A stretch of DNA of 32,000 bases, from assembly GCF_000829155.1 (NCBI RefSeq), contig NZ_AP013293.1:1-32000 (forward strand), in the 5' to 3' direction. Below, one piece after another: positions 9,629-20,474 of this stretch. A model generated the notes under the pieces. It saw nothing but the letters and a program-made list of their open reading frames with translations, did not search any database and was not told the origin of the DNA. Position numbers and translations under genes: made by a program. This stretch comes from Candidatus Karelsulcia muelleri PSPU (GTDB taxonomy: Bacteria; Bacteroidota; Bacteroidia; Flavobacteriales; Blattabacteriaceae). Position 1 is the first letter of the stretch. Every line of letters begins with the position of its first letter.

Positions 9629-10699
9629 ATGAAAATATTAAAAAACCCATATTATGGGATATATTTTGGTGATAAATTTTATAAAAAATTAAAAAAAAAA
9701 AAAAAATCAATAAAAATTATTTTAGTAGATTCTTTAACAAAAAAATATTGTTTACATTATTTTTTATATAAAACAGATTTTTTTAAAAAAAAAAAAATTA
9801 TAAAAATCTCCTCAGGAGAGAAAAAAAAAAATATTGAAACTTGTCAAATTATTTGGAAAAAATTAATAAAAATGAATGCAGATAGAAATAGTCTATTTCT
9901 AAATTTAGGAGGAGGAGTAATAACAGATATGGGAGCATTTGCTTGTTCAGTCTTTAAAAGAGGAATAAATTTTATTAATATCCCTACTACTCTTCTTAGT
10001 ATGATAGATGCTTCTATAGGTGGAAAAACAGGTATTAATTTTTTTTCATTAAAAAATGAAATTGGATTATTTAATTTTCCTAAACAAATTATTATTGATA
10101 ATAATTTGTTAAAAACATTATCATTTCCTGAAATGAAATCAGGTTTATCAGAAATAATAAAATATGGATTAATATCAGATATTAATTTATGGAATTTTTT
10201 AAAAAAAAGTATTTTTTTTAAAAAAAAAATAAAATATGATAATAATATTATATATCAATCTATAAAAATAAAAAATTCTATAATAGATAAAGATCCTATA
10301 GAAAAAGGATTAAGAAAAATTTTAAATTTTGGTCATACTATTGGACATGCAATAGAAAGTTATTTTATTTTTAATTTAAAAAAAAAAATTTCCCATGGAC
10401 ATAGTATAGCTATAGGTATGATATGTGAATCTTGGATTTCATATAAAATGAATATGATAAAAAAAAAAGAATTTAAAGAAATATATAATGTTTTATCAAA
10501 AATCTATTCTAAAATAGAAATATATAATAAAGATATAGAAAAAATAATATATTTTATTAAACATGATAAAAAAAATGAAAATAAAAAAATTAAATTTTCT
10601 TTAATTAAAAAATTAGGATATTGTTTATCTAATATTGAAGTAGATAATGAATTAATAAAAAACAGTATAAAAAATAGTAAAATAATTAATTTAATTTAA
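9629..10699 (+). CDS. aroB: 3-dehydroquinate synthase
   Basis: The AroB signature 'NLGGGVITDMGAFACSVFKRGINFINIPTTLLSMIDASIGGKTGIN' and the metal-binding region 'NFGHTIGHAIE' are both present. Confidence 0.85.
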   Translation: MKILKNPYYGIYFGDKFYKKLKKKKKSIKIILVDSLTKKYCLHYFLYKTDFFKKKKIIKISSGEKKKNIETCQIIWKKLIKMNADRNSLFLNLGGGVITDMGAFACSVFKRGINFINIPTTLLSMIDASIGGKTGINFFSLKNEIGLFNFPKQIIIDNNLLKTLSFPEMKSGLSEIIKYGLISDINLWNFLKKSIFFKKKIKYDNNIIYQSIKIKNSIIDKDPIEKGLRKILNFGHTIGHAIESYFIFNLKKKISHGHSIAIGMICESWISYKMNMIKKKEFKEIYNVLSKIYSKIEIYNKDIEKIIYFIKHDKKNENKKIKFSLIKKLGYCLSNIEVDNELIKNSIKNSKIINLI

Positions 10700-10705
10700 A
10701 AAAAA

Positions 10706-13105
10706 ATGAAAGAAAAAGAAAAAATTATTACAATAAATATTGAGGATGAAATGAAATCTTCATATATAGATTATTCGATGTCTGTTATTGTTTCAAGAGC
10801 TCTACCTGATGTAAGAGATGGATTAAAACCTGTACATAGACGTGTTTTATATGGTATGTATGAACAAGGAGCGCGTTTTAGTAAAAATTATAGAAAATCT
10901 GCTCGTATTGTGGGAAATGTTTTAGGAAAATATCATCCTCATGGGGATAGTTCAGTATATGATGCTATAGTACGTATGGCCCAAAGTTGGTCTTTACGTT
11001 ATATTTTAATAGATGGTCAAGGTAATTTTGGTTCTATAGATAAGGATCCTCCTGCCGCTATGAGATATACTGAAATTAAACTTAAAAACATATCTGAAGA
11101 TATGTTACTGGATATTGAAAAAGAAACAGTAGATATGAAACTTAATTTTGATGATTCTTGTAAAGAACCGTTAGTTCTACCAACATGTATACCTAATTTA
11201 TTAATTAATGGATCTTCAGGTATAGCTGTTGGAATGGCCACTAATATGCCTCCTCATAATATTGTTGAATCTATAGAAGCTATTTGTTCTTATATAGATA
11301 AACAAAAAATTTCTATAGAAGAACTTATGAAGTATATAAAAGCTCCTGATTTTCCAACAGGTGGAATTATATATGGATATGAAGGTGTAAAAAAGTATTT
11401 TTTAACAGGACGAGGAAAAATCTTTTTAAGATCAAAAGTTCATTTTGAAGAAAAAAATAACCGTATTTGTCTTATTGTTGATGAAATTCCTTATAAAATA
11501 AATAAAGAAGAATTAATAAATAAAACATTAAAATTAGTTAAAGAAGGAAAATTAGAAGGACTTTCTCATATTAGAGATGAATCTGATAGAAATGGAATGA
11601 GAATTGTTTATAATATAAAACAAAATGTTGATAAACAAAGATTATTAAAGAATCTTTTTAAAGAAACTTCTTTAGAAACTTCATTTAATGTTAATAATCT
11701 AGCATTAGTTAATGGAAAACCAACTATACTTAATTTAAAAGATTTAATAAAACATTTTGTAAATCATAGACATGATGTAATTATTCGTAGAACAAAATAT
11801 GATTTAAATAAAGCTAAAAATAGAGCTCATATAATAGAAGGTTTTTATATAGTTTTAAAAAATTTAGAAACTGTAATTGAATTAATTAAATCTTCTAAAG
11901 ATAGAAATGATGCCAAAAAAAAAATTTTAATTAAATATAATTTATCCGAAATACAAGTTCAATCAATTTTAGAATTAAAGTTAAATTCTCTTACTAAATT
12001 AGAAAATAAAAAAATAAAAGAAGAATATATACATATAAGAAAAAAAATTTCTTTTTTTAAAAAAATTATATCTAATAAATTATTACAAAAGAAAATAATA
12101 AAAAAAGAATTAAATATAGTAAAAAAAAAATATGGAGATTTAAGACGTACAGAAATAAATTATTTAGGTTTAGAAAATGAAGTATATAACAATAAATTTG
12201 TTATTACAATAACAAAGACTGGATATATTAAAAAAAATAATTTAAATAAATATAAAATTAAAAATATAGGAGGAATTGAAAATTTATTTACTTATAAATG
12301 TAAAAAAAATAATTTAGAAAAAATTATAATTGCAAAAAATTATCAAGATATACTTTTTTTTTCTGAAAATGGAAAATACTTTTTGTTAAAAGTCTTTAAA
12401 ATACCAGAAGTATTAAAAAAATCAAAAGGTCAAGCTATACAAAATCTTCTTAAGATAAATAAAAAAGAAAAAATATGTTCTTCAATTTTAATTGAAAAAA
12501 ATAAGGATAAAAAATATCTTAATAAGAATTCTGTTATTTTGATTACAAAAAATGGTATAATAAAAAAACAAACACTTATACAATATTACAAAAAAAAAAA
12601 AAAATTAATTAAAATTATAAACAAAGATTATCTTATTGATGCTAAATTAACTAGTGAAATATTAATTGCTTCCAAAAGTGGAAAAATAATTAAATTTGAT
12701 GAATCAACAATTACAAATATTCCATTAAAGTCAAAAAGTGTAACTTTATCAAAAAATGATGATAAAATCATAGACATAATTTGTCTTAATGATTTAAAAA
12801 AAATATATATATTAGGAGTGTCTGAAAAAGTATTTGTAAAAATATCAAATTTACGATATAAAAGTATTTGTAAAGGTCTTAAAAAAATTAATGTAACTCA
12901 TAAAACTGTATTTTTAGTTGCTATTAAAAATGTAATTAATAAAAATGATATAATTATAATTAATAAATATGGGTTAACTTTTCGTATTCCAGTATCAAAA
13001 TTTTTTCTAAGAGGCCGAATAAAGTTAAAATATTATGATAAAATAACATATGTAGCTAAAGTAGAGTATGATAATAGTTTAAATATTTTAATTACGGAAC
13101 GATAA
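10706..13105 (+). CDS. gyrA: DNA gyrase subunit A
   Basis: The N-terminal domain is highly conserved: '[20 protein letters not shown]', '[17 protein letters not shown]', and the active-site region 'AAMRYTE'. The protein is 799 aa and its C-terminal domain is strongly diverged. Confidence 0.95.
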   Translation: MKEKEKIITINIEDEMKSSYIDYSMSVIVSRALPDVRDGLKPVHRRVLYGMYEQGARFSKNYRKSARIVGNVLGKYHPHGDSSVYDAIVRMAQSWSLRYILIDGQGNFGSIDKDPPAAMRYTEIKLKNISEDMLLDIEKETVDMKLNFDDSCKEPLVLPTCIPNLLINGSSGIAVGMATNMPPHNIVESIEAICSYIDKQKISIEELMKYIKAPDFPTGGIIYGYEGVKKYFLTGRGKIFLRSKVHFEEKNNRICLIVDEIPYKINKEELINKTLKLVKEGKLEGLSHIRDESDRNGMRIVYNIKQNVDKQRLLKNLFKETSLETSFNVNNLALVNGKPTILNLKDLIKHFVNHRHDVIIRRTKYDLNKAKNRAHIIEGFYIVLKNLETVIELIKSSKDRNDAKKKILIKYNLSEIQVQSILELKLNSLTKLENKKIKEEYIHIRKKISFFKKIISNKLLQKKIIKKELNIVKKKYGDLRRTEINYLGLENEVYNNKFVITITKTGYIKKNNLNKYKIKNIGGIENLFTYKCKKNNLEKIIIAKNYQDILFFSENGKYFLLKVFKIPEVLKKSKGQAIQNLLKINKKEKICSSILIEKNKDKKYLNKNSVILITKNGIIKKQTLIQYYKKKKKLIKIINKDYLIDAKLTSEILIASKSGKIIKFDESTITNIPLKSKSVTLSKNDDKIIDIICLNDLKKIYILGVSEKVFVKISNLRYKSICKGLKKINVTHKTVFLVAIKNVINKNDIIIINKYGLTFRIPVSKFFLRGRIKLKYYDKITYVAKVEYDNSLNILITER

Positions 13106-13154
13106 CATTAAAAAATGTTAATTATATTAACTTTATTAATAAATTATAATATAT

Positions 13155-14855
13155 ATGTCTTATAAGACAAAAAAACAAATTTTTTTTTTATTAGAAGATA
13201 TAAAAAATTTAAATAAAAATGAAAAATTATCAATTTTTGATTGGAAATCTTATGAACTTGGTTTAACTAAAAAAGAACAAAAAGAAAGACAAAAAATTGA
13301 AAAATTTTATAATGATACTATTACAAGAATAAATGAATATTATGTATATAATGGAAAAATTATTAAAATAATTGATAGAAATGTTGTTATAGATATTGGA
13401 TTTAAAGCTGAAGGAATAATATTATTAAATGAATTTCGTGAATATAAAAAAAAAACTAAAGTTAATGATATAATTGAAGTAATTGTAGAAAAAATTGATT
13501 ATAAAGGACAATGTATAATTTCTTATAATAAAGCAAAAAAAATAATCTACTGGGAAAGTATACAGAAATCATTTATTAAAAATGAAAAAATAATATTTTT
13601 TGTTATAGCTCGTACAAAAGGAGGTTTAATAGTAATTTTATTTGGAATTGAATGTTTTTTACCAGGATCACAAATAGATATAAAACCTGTAAAAGATTTT
13701 GATTTTTTTGTAGGAAAAATAATTGAAGGAAAAGTCGTAAAAATAAATAATAAAACTAAAAATGTGGTTGTTTCACATAAAATTTTAATAGAAAAAAAAC
13801 TTGAAAAAAGTAAAAAAAAATTAATTTCTATATTAGAAAAAGGTCAAGTTTTAAGAGGAATAGTAAAAAATTTAACCCATTATGGTAGTTTTATAGATGT
13901 AGGTGGTGGAATAGATGGATTATGTCATATTACAGATATAAGTTGGGAAAGAATAGAACATCCTTCAGAAAAATTAGAAATTGGTCAAATAATGAATTTT
14001 GTAATTTTATCAATTGATAATACAAAAAATAGACTTCAACTTGGGTTAAAACAATTACAGTCTCATCCTTGGAATTCTTTAGAAAAAAAAATAAAAACAG
14101 GTGAAATAGTTAAAGGAACAGTAACGGTTATTACAGATTATGGAGCTTTTGTTGAGATTTTTCCAGGTGTAGAAGGATTAGTACATGTATCTGAAATGTC
14201 TTGGGCTCAACAATTAAGATCAGCACAAGATTTTGTAAAAATTGGAGATAAAATAAAAGTATTAATATTAAATTACTCTAATTCAGAAAAAAAAATGTCT
14301 TTAAGTATGAAAAGACTTACACATGATCCATGGGAAAATATAGAAAACAAATATAAATTAGGATCAATCCATATTGGTACTGTTAAAAGATTTAACAAAA
14401 TTGGCGTTCGTTTAGAATTAGAAGCAGGAATAGAAGGGTTATTATACACTTCTGATATATCATGGATAAAAAAACTAAAAAAGTCTTCGGAGATATATAA
14501 AAAAGGAGATTTAGTTAAAGTAATTGTGTTAGGTTTAGATGTAATTACACGTAGACTTAATTTAGGTTGTAAACAATTAATACAAAATCCTTGGGAAAAA
14601 ATTAAAAAAGAATCGACTCTAGGTAGTATCAAGACTGGAAAAATTATAAAAATTTTAAAAAAAGGAGTTATAGTTAAATTTAATAAGATAATTATAGGAG
14701 CTTTTGCTCCTATTCGTTTTTTTAAAACTTTAAAGTTAATAAAAAATAAAATAAATTTAATAGAATTTAAAAAATTAGAATATAATAAAAAATTAAAAAT
14801 AATTTATGTTTCTAATCCAGAAATAATTAGAAAAAAAGAAAAATTTTCTATATGA
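13155..14855 (+). CDS. rpsA: 30S ribosomal protein S1
   Basis: The 566-aa ORF contains repeated S1 (OB) domains, e.g. 'GIVKNLTHYGSFIDVGGGIDGLCHITDISW' and 'GTVTVITDYGAFVEIFPGVEGLVHVSEMSW'. Its TGA stop overlaps the next gene's ATG (ATGA). Confidence 0.9.
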   Translation: MSYKTKKQIFFLLEDIKNLNKNEKLSIFDWKSYELGLTKKEQKERQKIEKFYNDTITRINEYYVYNGKIIKIIDRNVVIDIGFKAEGIILLNEFREYKKKTKVNDIIEVIVEKIDYKGQCIISYNKAKKIIYWESIQKSFIKNEKIIFFVIARTKGGLIVILFGIECFLPGSQIDIKPVKDFDFFVGKIIEGKVVKINNKTKNVVVSHKILIEKKLEKSKKKLISILEKGQVLRGIVKNLTHYGSFIDVGGGIDGLCHITDISWERIEHPSEKLEIGQIMNFVILSIDNTKNRLQLGLKQLQSHPWNSLEKKIKTGEIVKGTVTVITDYGAFVEIFPGVEGLVHVSEMSWAQQLRSAQDFVKIGDKIKVLILNYSNSEKKMSLSMKRLTHDPWENIENKYKLGSIHIGTVKRFNKIGVRLELEAGIEGLLYTSDISWIKKLKKSSEIYKKGDLVKVIVLGLDVITRRLNLGCKQLIQNPWEKIKKESTLGSIKTGKIIKILKKGVIVKFNKIIIGAFAPIRFFKTLKLIKNKINLIEFKKLEYNKKLKIIYVSNPEIIRKKEKFSI

Positions 14856-16117
14856 ATATTCCCCATACTAATTTAACCAGAGTCGTCATTATTGGATCCG
14901 GATTTGGGGGTTTACAAGTAGCCATTAAACTTAATAAAAAATTATTTCAAATTGTTTTAATAGATAAAAATAATTATCATACATTTCAACCTCTTTTATA
15001 TCAAGTAGCTACATTTGGGCTGGAACCGGATGCCATAGCAAAATCAATAAGAACTATTATAAATAAATATGATAATTTTTTTTTACGTTTAGCTAAAGTC
15101 TATTTTATTAATAAAATAAATAAAATTCTTTATTCCAATATGGGGGAATTATATTATGATTATTTAATTATAGCTACTGGATCTAAAACAAATTTTTTTG
15201 GTAAAAAAAAAATTGAAAAATATTCATTTCCTATGAAAAATATTGGAGAAGCTTTAAATTTACGTAATTGTATATTACATAATTTTGAAGATGCTTTATC
15301 CATAAAAAAAAAAATAAATTTTGTTATTGTTGGTGGAGGTCCAACAGGAGTTGAGTTAGCAGGATCATTAGCAGAATTAAAACATTACATCTTACCGAGA
15401 GATTATCCAGAATTAGATTTGTCTAAAATTAAAATTAATTTAATTCAAGCTACTGAAAAATTATTAGATGGAATGTCCAAATATTCTTCTAACATAGCCT
15501 TAAAATATATTAAGAAAATGGGGGTAAATGTTTGGTTAAATAATCCAGTCATAGATTTTGATGGAAAAAAAATTTTCACAAAAAAAGGCAAATTCAAATC
15601 ATATAATGTCATTTGGGCTGCAGGTGTTAAAGGTGCTCTAATAAAGGGATTAGGAGAAAAATTTTTAGGAAATAATCGTCTTATAGTAGATGTATATAAT
15701 CAAGTACAAGGAATTTATAATTTATTTGCAATAGGAGATGTTGCAATTATAAAAGGAGATGAAGAATATCCAAATGGTCATCCTATGGTTGCATTACCTG
15801 CTATTCAACAAGGAATTCATTTAGCCTTAAATTTTAATAGATTTTTGGTTAAAAAAAAAATAAAACCTTTCAAATTTAAAAATAAAGGTTCTATGGCAAT
15901 TATATGTAGAAATAAAGCTGTATGTGATTTTTTCAATTTTCCATTAAGTGGATTTTATGCATGGATTATATGGATGTTTATACATTTAATTAAAATTGTA
16001 GGGTTTAGAAATAAATTATTAACATTAATAAATTGGATTACACAATATAAAAATTATAATAAAAGTATTAGTATTTTAATCCGTCCATCTGTTAAATATA
16101 ACAAATTTATAAATTAA
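14852..16117 (+). CDS. ndh: Type II NADH dehydrogenase / pyridine nucleotide-disulfide oxidoreductase
   Basis: Two dinucleotide-binding motifs, '[14 protein letters not shown]' and '[15 protein letters not shown]', plus 'FAIGDVA' near the C-terminal third. The 421-aa length is typical of NDH-2. Confidence 0.8.
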   Translation: MNIPHTNLTRVVIIGSGFGGLQVAIKLNKKLFQIVLIDKNNYHTFQPLLYQVATFGLEPDAIAKSIRTIINKYDNFFLRLAKVYFINKINKILYSNMGELYYDYLIIATGSKTNFFGKKKIEKYSFPMKNIGEALNLRNCILHNFEDALSIKKKINFVIVGGGPTGVELAGSLAELKHYILPRDYPELDLSKIKINLIQATEKLLDGMSKYSSNIALKYIKKMGVNVWLNNPVIDFDGKKIFTKKGKFKSYNVIWAAGVKGALIKGLGEKFLGNNRLIVDVYNQVQGIYNLFAIGDVAIIKGDEEYPNGHPMVALPAIQQGIHLALNFNRFLVKKKIKPFKFKNKGSMAIICRNKAVCDFFNFPLSGFYAWIIWMFIHLIKIVGFRNKLLTLINWITQYKNYNKSISILIRPSVKYNKFIN

Positions 16118-17177
16118 GAAAAAATTCTTTGTTATTTTTGGTATTAATTATACGAAATTTGATATATTCCATAGCTTCTACAGGAGTCATATCAGAAAAA
16201 CGTTTTCTTAAAAGAAAAATTTGGTTTAATGTATTTTTATTTAATAATAATTCCTCTTTTCTTGTACTAGAAGCAATTAAGTCTATAGCTGGATAGATTC
16301 TTTTATTAGCAATTTTTCTATCTAATTGTAGTTCCATATTACCTGTTCCTTTAAATTCTTCAAATATTACTTCATCCATTTTTGATCCAGTTTCTATAAT
16401 TGCTGTAGCAATTATAGATAGAGACCCACCATATTCAATATTTCTAGCTGCCCCAAAAAATCTTTTAGGTTTATGTAATGCGTTAGAATCAACTCCTCCT
16501 GATAAAACTTTTCCAGATGTAGGAGAAACAGTATTATATGCTCTAGCTAAACGTGTTATAGAATCTAATAATATTACTACATCATGCCCACATTCAACCA
16601 TTCTTTTTGCTTTTTGTAAAACGAGATTAGCCACTTTTACATGTTTTTCTGCTGGTTCATCAAAAGTTGATGATACTACTTCACCATTTACGTTTCTTTG
16701 CATATCTGTAACTTCTTCTGGTCTTTCATCTATTAAAAGTATTAATAAGTATACTTCTGGATGATTATAAGCTATTGTATTGGCTATTTCTTTTAATAAA
16801 GTTGTTTTTCCAGTTTTAGGAGGTGCTACTATAATTCCTCTTTGTCCTTTTCCTATAGGAGCAAATAAATCTATAATTCTTGTAGAAATAGTTTTGTTTT
16901 TACCTGAAATTTTAAATTTTTTATTAGGAAATAATGGAGTTAAATCTTCAAAAGACTTTCTAAATTTTAAATAAGAAGGGAAACGTCCATTTACTTTAAA
17001 AATTCTTATTAAAGTAAAATATTTTTCTCCTTTTTTCGTAGGACGAACTTCTCCTATGATAGTATCACCAGTTTTCAATTTAAAAAGTCTTATTTGAGAT
17101 GGTGATACGTAAATATCATCAGATGATGATAAATAATTAAAATAAGAAAATCTTAAAAATCCATAATTTTCAGGCAT
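16107..17177 (-). CDS. rho: Transcription termination factor Rho (start uncertain; N-terminal helix bundle absent)
   Basis: Close collinear match to E. coli Rho: '[19 protein letters not shown]', Walker A '[11 protein letters not shown]', '[15 protein letters not shown]' and '[20 protein letters not shown]'. Coordinates run from the first ATG, but homology continues upstream of it (see findings). Confidence 0.9.
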   Translation of the reverse strand: MPENYGFLRFSYFNYLSSSDDIYVSPSQIRLFKLKTGDTIIGEVRPTKKGEKYFTLIRIFKVNGRFPSYLKFRKSFEDLTPLFPNKKFKISGKNKTISTRIIDLFAPIGKGQRGIIVAPPKTGKTTLLKEIANTIAYNHPEVYLLILLIDERPEEVTDMQRNVNGEVVSSTFDEPAEKHVKVANLVLQKAKRMVECGHDVVILLDSITRLARAYNTVSPTSGKVLSGGVDSNALHKPKRFFGAARNIEYGGSLSIIATAIIETGSKMDEVIFEEFKGTGNMELQLDRKIANKRIYPAIDLIASSTRKEELLLNKNTLNQIFLLRKRFSDMTPVEAMEYIKFRIINTKNNKEFFLNL

Positions 17178-17540
17178 TTTTTCTAAAACTCCTTCACTAA
17201 TTACAAGTCCTTCAAATTTATAATTTGGATTAATAAATTTATTATAATCATTTTTTTTATAAAAAACCCAATTATATTTTAAATTAAAAAACTTTTTTTG
17301 TTTATAAAAAAAAACTGATATTTTCAGTTAAAAAAACTAAAAAATCTTTTCTTTATAAGAACAATGATTCTATTTTTTTTAATAAAAAAAATATAATTCA
17401 TATAAAATTAATAATAATATCATTTGGATGTAAATATAATACATTATTTAAATGTGAATTTTTTTTTATTTAAGATTATACATAATTAAAACAAAAGAAA
17501 TATTAACTTTTATTTATAAAAAATCCTTATCATCATCAAA

Positions 17541-18608
17541 ATGATTAAAATTGATAATTTTTTTTTAAAAAAAATAGAATCTATAAAAAAAAGATTTTCT
17601 GAATTATATTCTTTAATAATAAAACCTGATATTATACATAATAATAAAAATTATATTAAAATATATAAAGAATATAAAAATATAAATAAAATAATTAATT
17701 ATTATAATAATTATAAAAAAAAGCTAAAAAATTTAAAAGAAATAGAAAATTTAATAAAATTAGATTCCGATAAAGAATTTTTAGAATTAGCTAATATTGA
17801 TAAAAAATCTCAAATATTAGAATTAAAATTAATATTAAAAAAAATTAAAATTTTTTTTGAAAATAAAAATAATAATAAAAATGCTCTAATGGAATTAAGG
17901 GCAGGAACAGGAGGAGATGAAGCATGTATTTTTGTAGAAGATATATTTCGAATGTATACTATGTATTTTAAAGAATTATGTTGGAATTATGAAATATTAA
18001 ACATGCAGCATGGTCCAATAAAAGGATATAAAGAAATAATATTAGAAATACAAGGTCAAAATGTATATGGAACATTAAAATTCGAATCAGGTGTACATAG
18101 AGTACAGAGAGTTCCATATACTGAATCACAAGGTAGATTACATACATCTGCAATAACAGTAGCTATTTTTCCAGAAGAAGATTCTAAAAAAAATATCAAT
18201 CTAATTTTATCAGATATAAAAAGAGATACTTTTAGAGCAAGTGGGGCAGGAGGTCAACATGTTAATAAAACAGAATCTGCAATACGTTTAACTCATATAC
18301 CTACTGGTATAATAGCAGAATGTCAAGAAGAACGTTCACAACATAAAAATTATGAAAAAGCAATTAAAGTTTTACGTGCTAGAATTTATCAATCAGAATT
18401 AAATAAAAAAAATGAAAAACTTTCTAAAGAAAGAAAAGATCTTATATCTACAGGTGATAGGTCTGCAAAAATAAGAACATATAATTATCCTCAAGGAAGA
18501 GTAACAGATCATCGTATAAATAAATCAATCTATAATTTAGATCATTTCATGAATGGTCAAATAAATGAAATGATAACAGCTCTTAAAATTCTTGAAAGAA
18601 ATAATTAA
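17541..18608 (+). CDS. prfA: Peptide chain release factor 1
   Basis: The motif '[22 protein letters not shown]' (GGQ) and the RF1-type recognition region '[18 protein letters not shown]' (PxT class, not the SPF of RF2) are present. The protein is 355 aa. Confidence 0.95.
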   Translation: MIKIDNFFLKKIESIKKRFSELYSLIIKPDIIHNNKNYIKIYKEYKNINKIINYYNNYKKKLKNLKEIENLIKLDSDKEFLELANIDKKSQILELKLILKKIKIFFENKNNNKNALMELRAGTGGDEACIFVEDIFRMYTMYFKELCWNYEILNMQHGPIKGYKEIILEIQGQNVYGTLKFESGVHRVQRVPYTESQGRLHTSAITVAIFPEEDSKKNINLILSDIKRDTFRASGAGGQHVNKTESAIRLTHIPTGIIAECQEERSQHKNYEKAIKVLRARIYQSELNKKNEKLSKERKDLISTGDRSAKIRTYNYPQGRVTDHRINKSIYNLDHFMNGQINEMITALKILERNN

Positions 18609-18617
18609 TTATATTAT

Positions 18618-18749
18618 ATGTTACATAAATTTTTAGGTTTTCTATTATTTTTCTTAATAAGTATATCTGGTTTTTGGTGTATAATATTTTTTGCAATTAT
18701 TATTCCATATTGGATAATTCTTTATTTAGTAAAAAAAAAATTTAAATGA
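18618..18749 (+). CDS. Candidate small hydrophobic membrane protein (43 aa), not in the ORF track
   Basis: My own translation is MLHKFLGFLLFFLISISGFWCIIFFAIIIPYWIILYLVKKKFK*. The ATG lies 9 nt after the prfA stop and the TGA lies 23 nt before the convergent aspS stop, so the ORF fills the spacer. It has a long hydrophobic core and a basic tail. I recognise no homology. Confidence 0.35.
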   Translation: MLHKFLGFLLFFLISISGFWCIIFFAIIIPYWIILYLVKKKFK

Positions 18750-18772
18750 AATTTCTTATTTTTAAGTTCTTT

Positions 18773-20431
18773 TTATTCTCTCTTAGAAGGAGATTCTATC
18801 ATTAAATCTTTTCCATCCTGACCTTTAGGGAATGCAATAAAATCACGTATATTCTCTTTGTAAGCAAAAACAGAAATTAATCTATCTAATCCAAAGGCAA
18901 TTCCTCCATGGGGAGGAGCTCCATATTTAAAAGATTTTATTAAAAATCCAAATTCTTTTTCTATTTTTTTTTTAGAAAAACCTAAATGATTAAATATAAT
19001 TTTTTGTATTTTATTATTATTAATACGTATTGATCCTCCACCAATTTCTTTTCCATTAATAACAAGATCATAAGATTTTGATTTAATTTTTTCGGGATTT
19101 TCTTTTAAAAATTTAATATCTATAATCTCTGGAGAGGTAAATGGATGATGTAAAGAATTATAACATGATTTTTCTTTATTCCATTTAAAATATGGAAAAT
19201 TTATTATCCATAAAGGGGAAAATATTTTATTTTTTATTAAATTTAAACGTTTTGACATTTTTATACGAAATAAACCTAAGTTTTTTACTATTATATTTTT
19301 TTCACCTAATAATATTATTAATAAATCTCCACATTTTGAATTAATACGTTTAGCCCAATTTTTAATTAAATTAATATTAATTTCTATAGAAGATTTAAAT
19401 TTCTCTTTTTTAAGATATTTTATCCAAATTAATTGTTTAATTTTTTTTTTTTTAAAAAAAAATAATATTTCTTCTATTATTTTATAATTAAAACAAACAG
19501 GAAGAGATATACCCATTATATATTCTTTTTGATTTGAAAAATCATTTAATTCAAATAATTTCATATCAAAACGTATATCAGGTTTATCTGAACCATATTT
19601 ATTCATGGCTTCTTCGTATGTTAAAATTGGAAATTTATTTAAATTTATTCCTTTTATTTTTTTTAATAAAAAATGTATAAATTTTTCAAAAATATTTAAT
19701 ATATCATTTTCATCTACAAAAGACATTTCACAATCAATTTGTGTAAATTCAGGTTGACGATCTGATCTAAAATCTTCATCACGAAAACATTTAACAATTT
19801 GAAAATATTTATCTATACCCCCTATCATAAGTAATTGTTTAAATAATTGAGGAGATTGAGATAAAGAATAAAAAAAACCCGGTTTTTTTCTATAAGGAAC
19901 ATAAAAATTTCTTGCACCATCAGTTGTTGGATTAATAAGTATAGGAGTTTCTATTTCAAGAAAATTTTCTTTTAAAAAAAAATTTCTTATTTCTATATAT
20001 AGATTATGACGAAGTATAATATTATTTTTAATAATATCTCTACGTATATCTAAATATCTATATTTCATTCTAATATCTTCATTTCCATCAGTGTTATTTT
20101 CAATTTGAAAAGGAGGTACCAAAGAATTATTTAATATTTTTAATTTTTTAACTAAAATTTCGATTTCTCCTGTAGGATTTTTAAAATTTTTTGAGAATCT
20201 TTCTATTACTTGACCTTCAACTTTAATAACAAATTCCCTTCCTAAATTATTTATTTTTTTTTTATTATTAAAATAATTAATTAAATTTAATTGTGTTATT
20301 CCATACATATCTCTTAGATCTATAAATATTATAGATCCTAAATTTCTAATTTTTTTAATCCATCCAGACATTATCACGTTTTTACCTACGTCTTTTAAAC
20401 GTAATACTCCACAATTATTTGTTCTATACAT
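18773..20431 (-). CDS. aspS: Aspartate--tRNA ligase
   Basis: AspRS signatures are present: 'KCFRDEDFRSDRQPEFTQIDCEMSF' and the motif 3 region 'YGAPPHGGIAFGLDRL', with an N-terminal OB anticodon-binding domain. The protein is 552 aa. Confidence 0.95.
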   Translation of the reverse strand: MYRTNNCGVLRLKDVGKNVIMSGWIKKIRNLGSIIFIDLRDMYGITQLNLINYFNNKKKINNLGREFVIKVEGQVIERFSKNFKNPTGEIEILVKKLKILNNSLVPPFQIENNTDGNEDIRMKYRYLDIRRDIIKNNIILRHNLYIEIRNFFLKENFLEIETPILINPTTDGARNFYVPYRKKPGFFYSLSQSPQLFKQLLMIGGIDKYFQIVKCFRDEDFRSDRQPEFTQIDCEMSFVDENDILNIFEKFIHFLLKKIKGINLNKFPILTYEEAMNKYGSDKPDIRFDMKLFELNDFSNQKEYIMGISLPVCFNYKIIEEILFFFKKKKIKQLIWIKYLKKEKFKSSIEININLIKNWAKRINSKCGDLLIILLGEKNIIVKNLGLFRIKMSKRLNLIKNKIFSPLWIINFPYFKWNKEKSCYNSLHHPFTSPEIIDIKFLKENPEKIKSKSYDLVINGKEIGGGSIRINNNKIQKIIFNHLGFSKKKIEKEFGFLIKSFKYGAPPHGGIAFGLDRLISVFAYKENIRDFIAFPKGQDGKDLMIESPSKRE

Positions 20432-20474
20432 AATTATATTATATTATTATTATATATAAATAAATAATAATTTT

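Noticed and set aside
18114-18122. RF1 stop-codon recognition tripeptide reads P-Y-T rather than the E. coli P-A-T
   Set aside because: To my knowledge the middle residue of the PxT motif varies among bacterial RF1s. The flanking 'RVQRVP.TESQGR.HTSA' is fully conserved, so there is no basis for claiming altered stop recognition.
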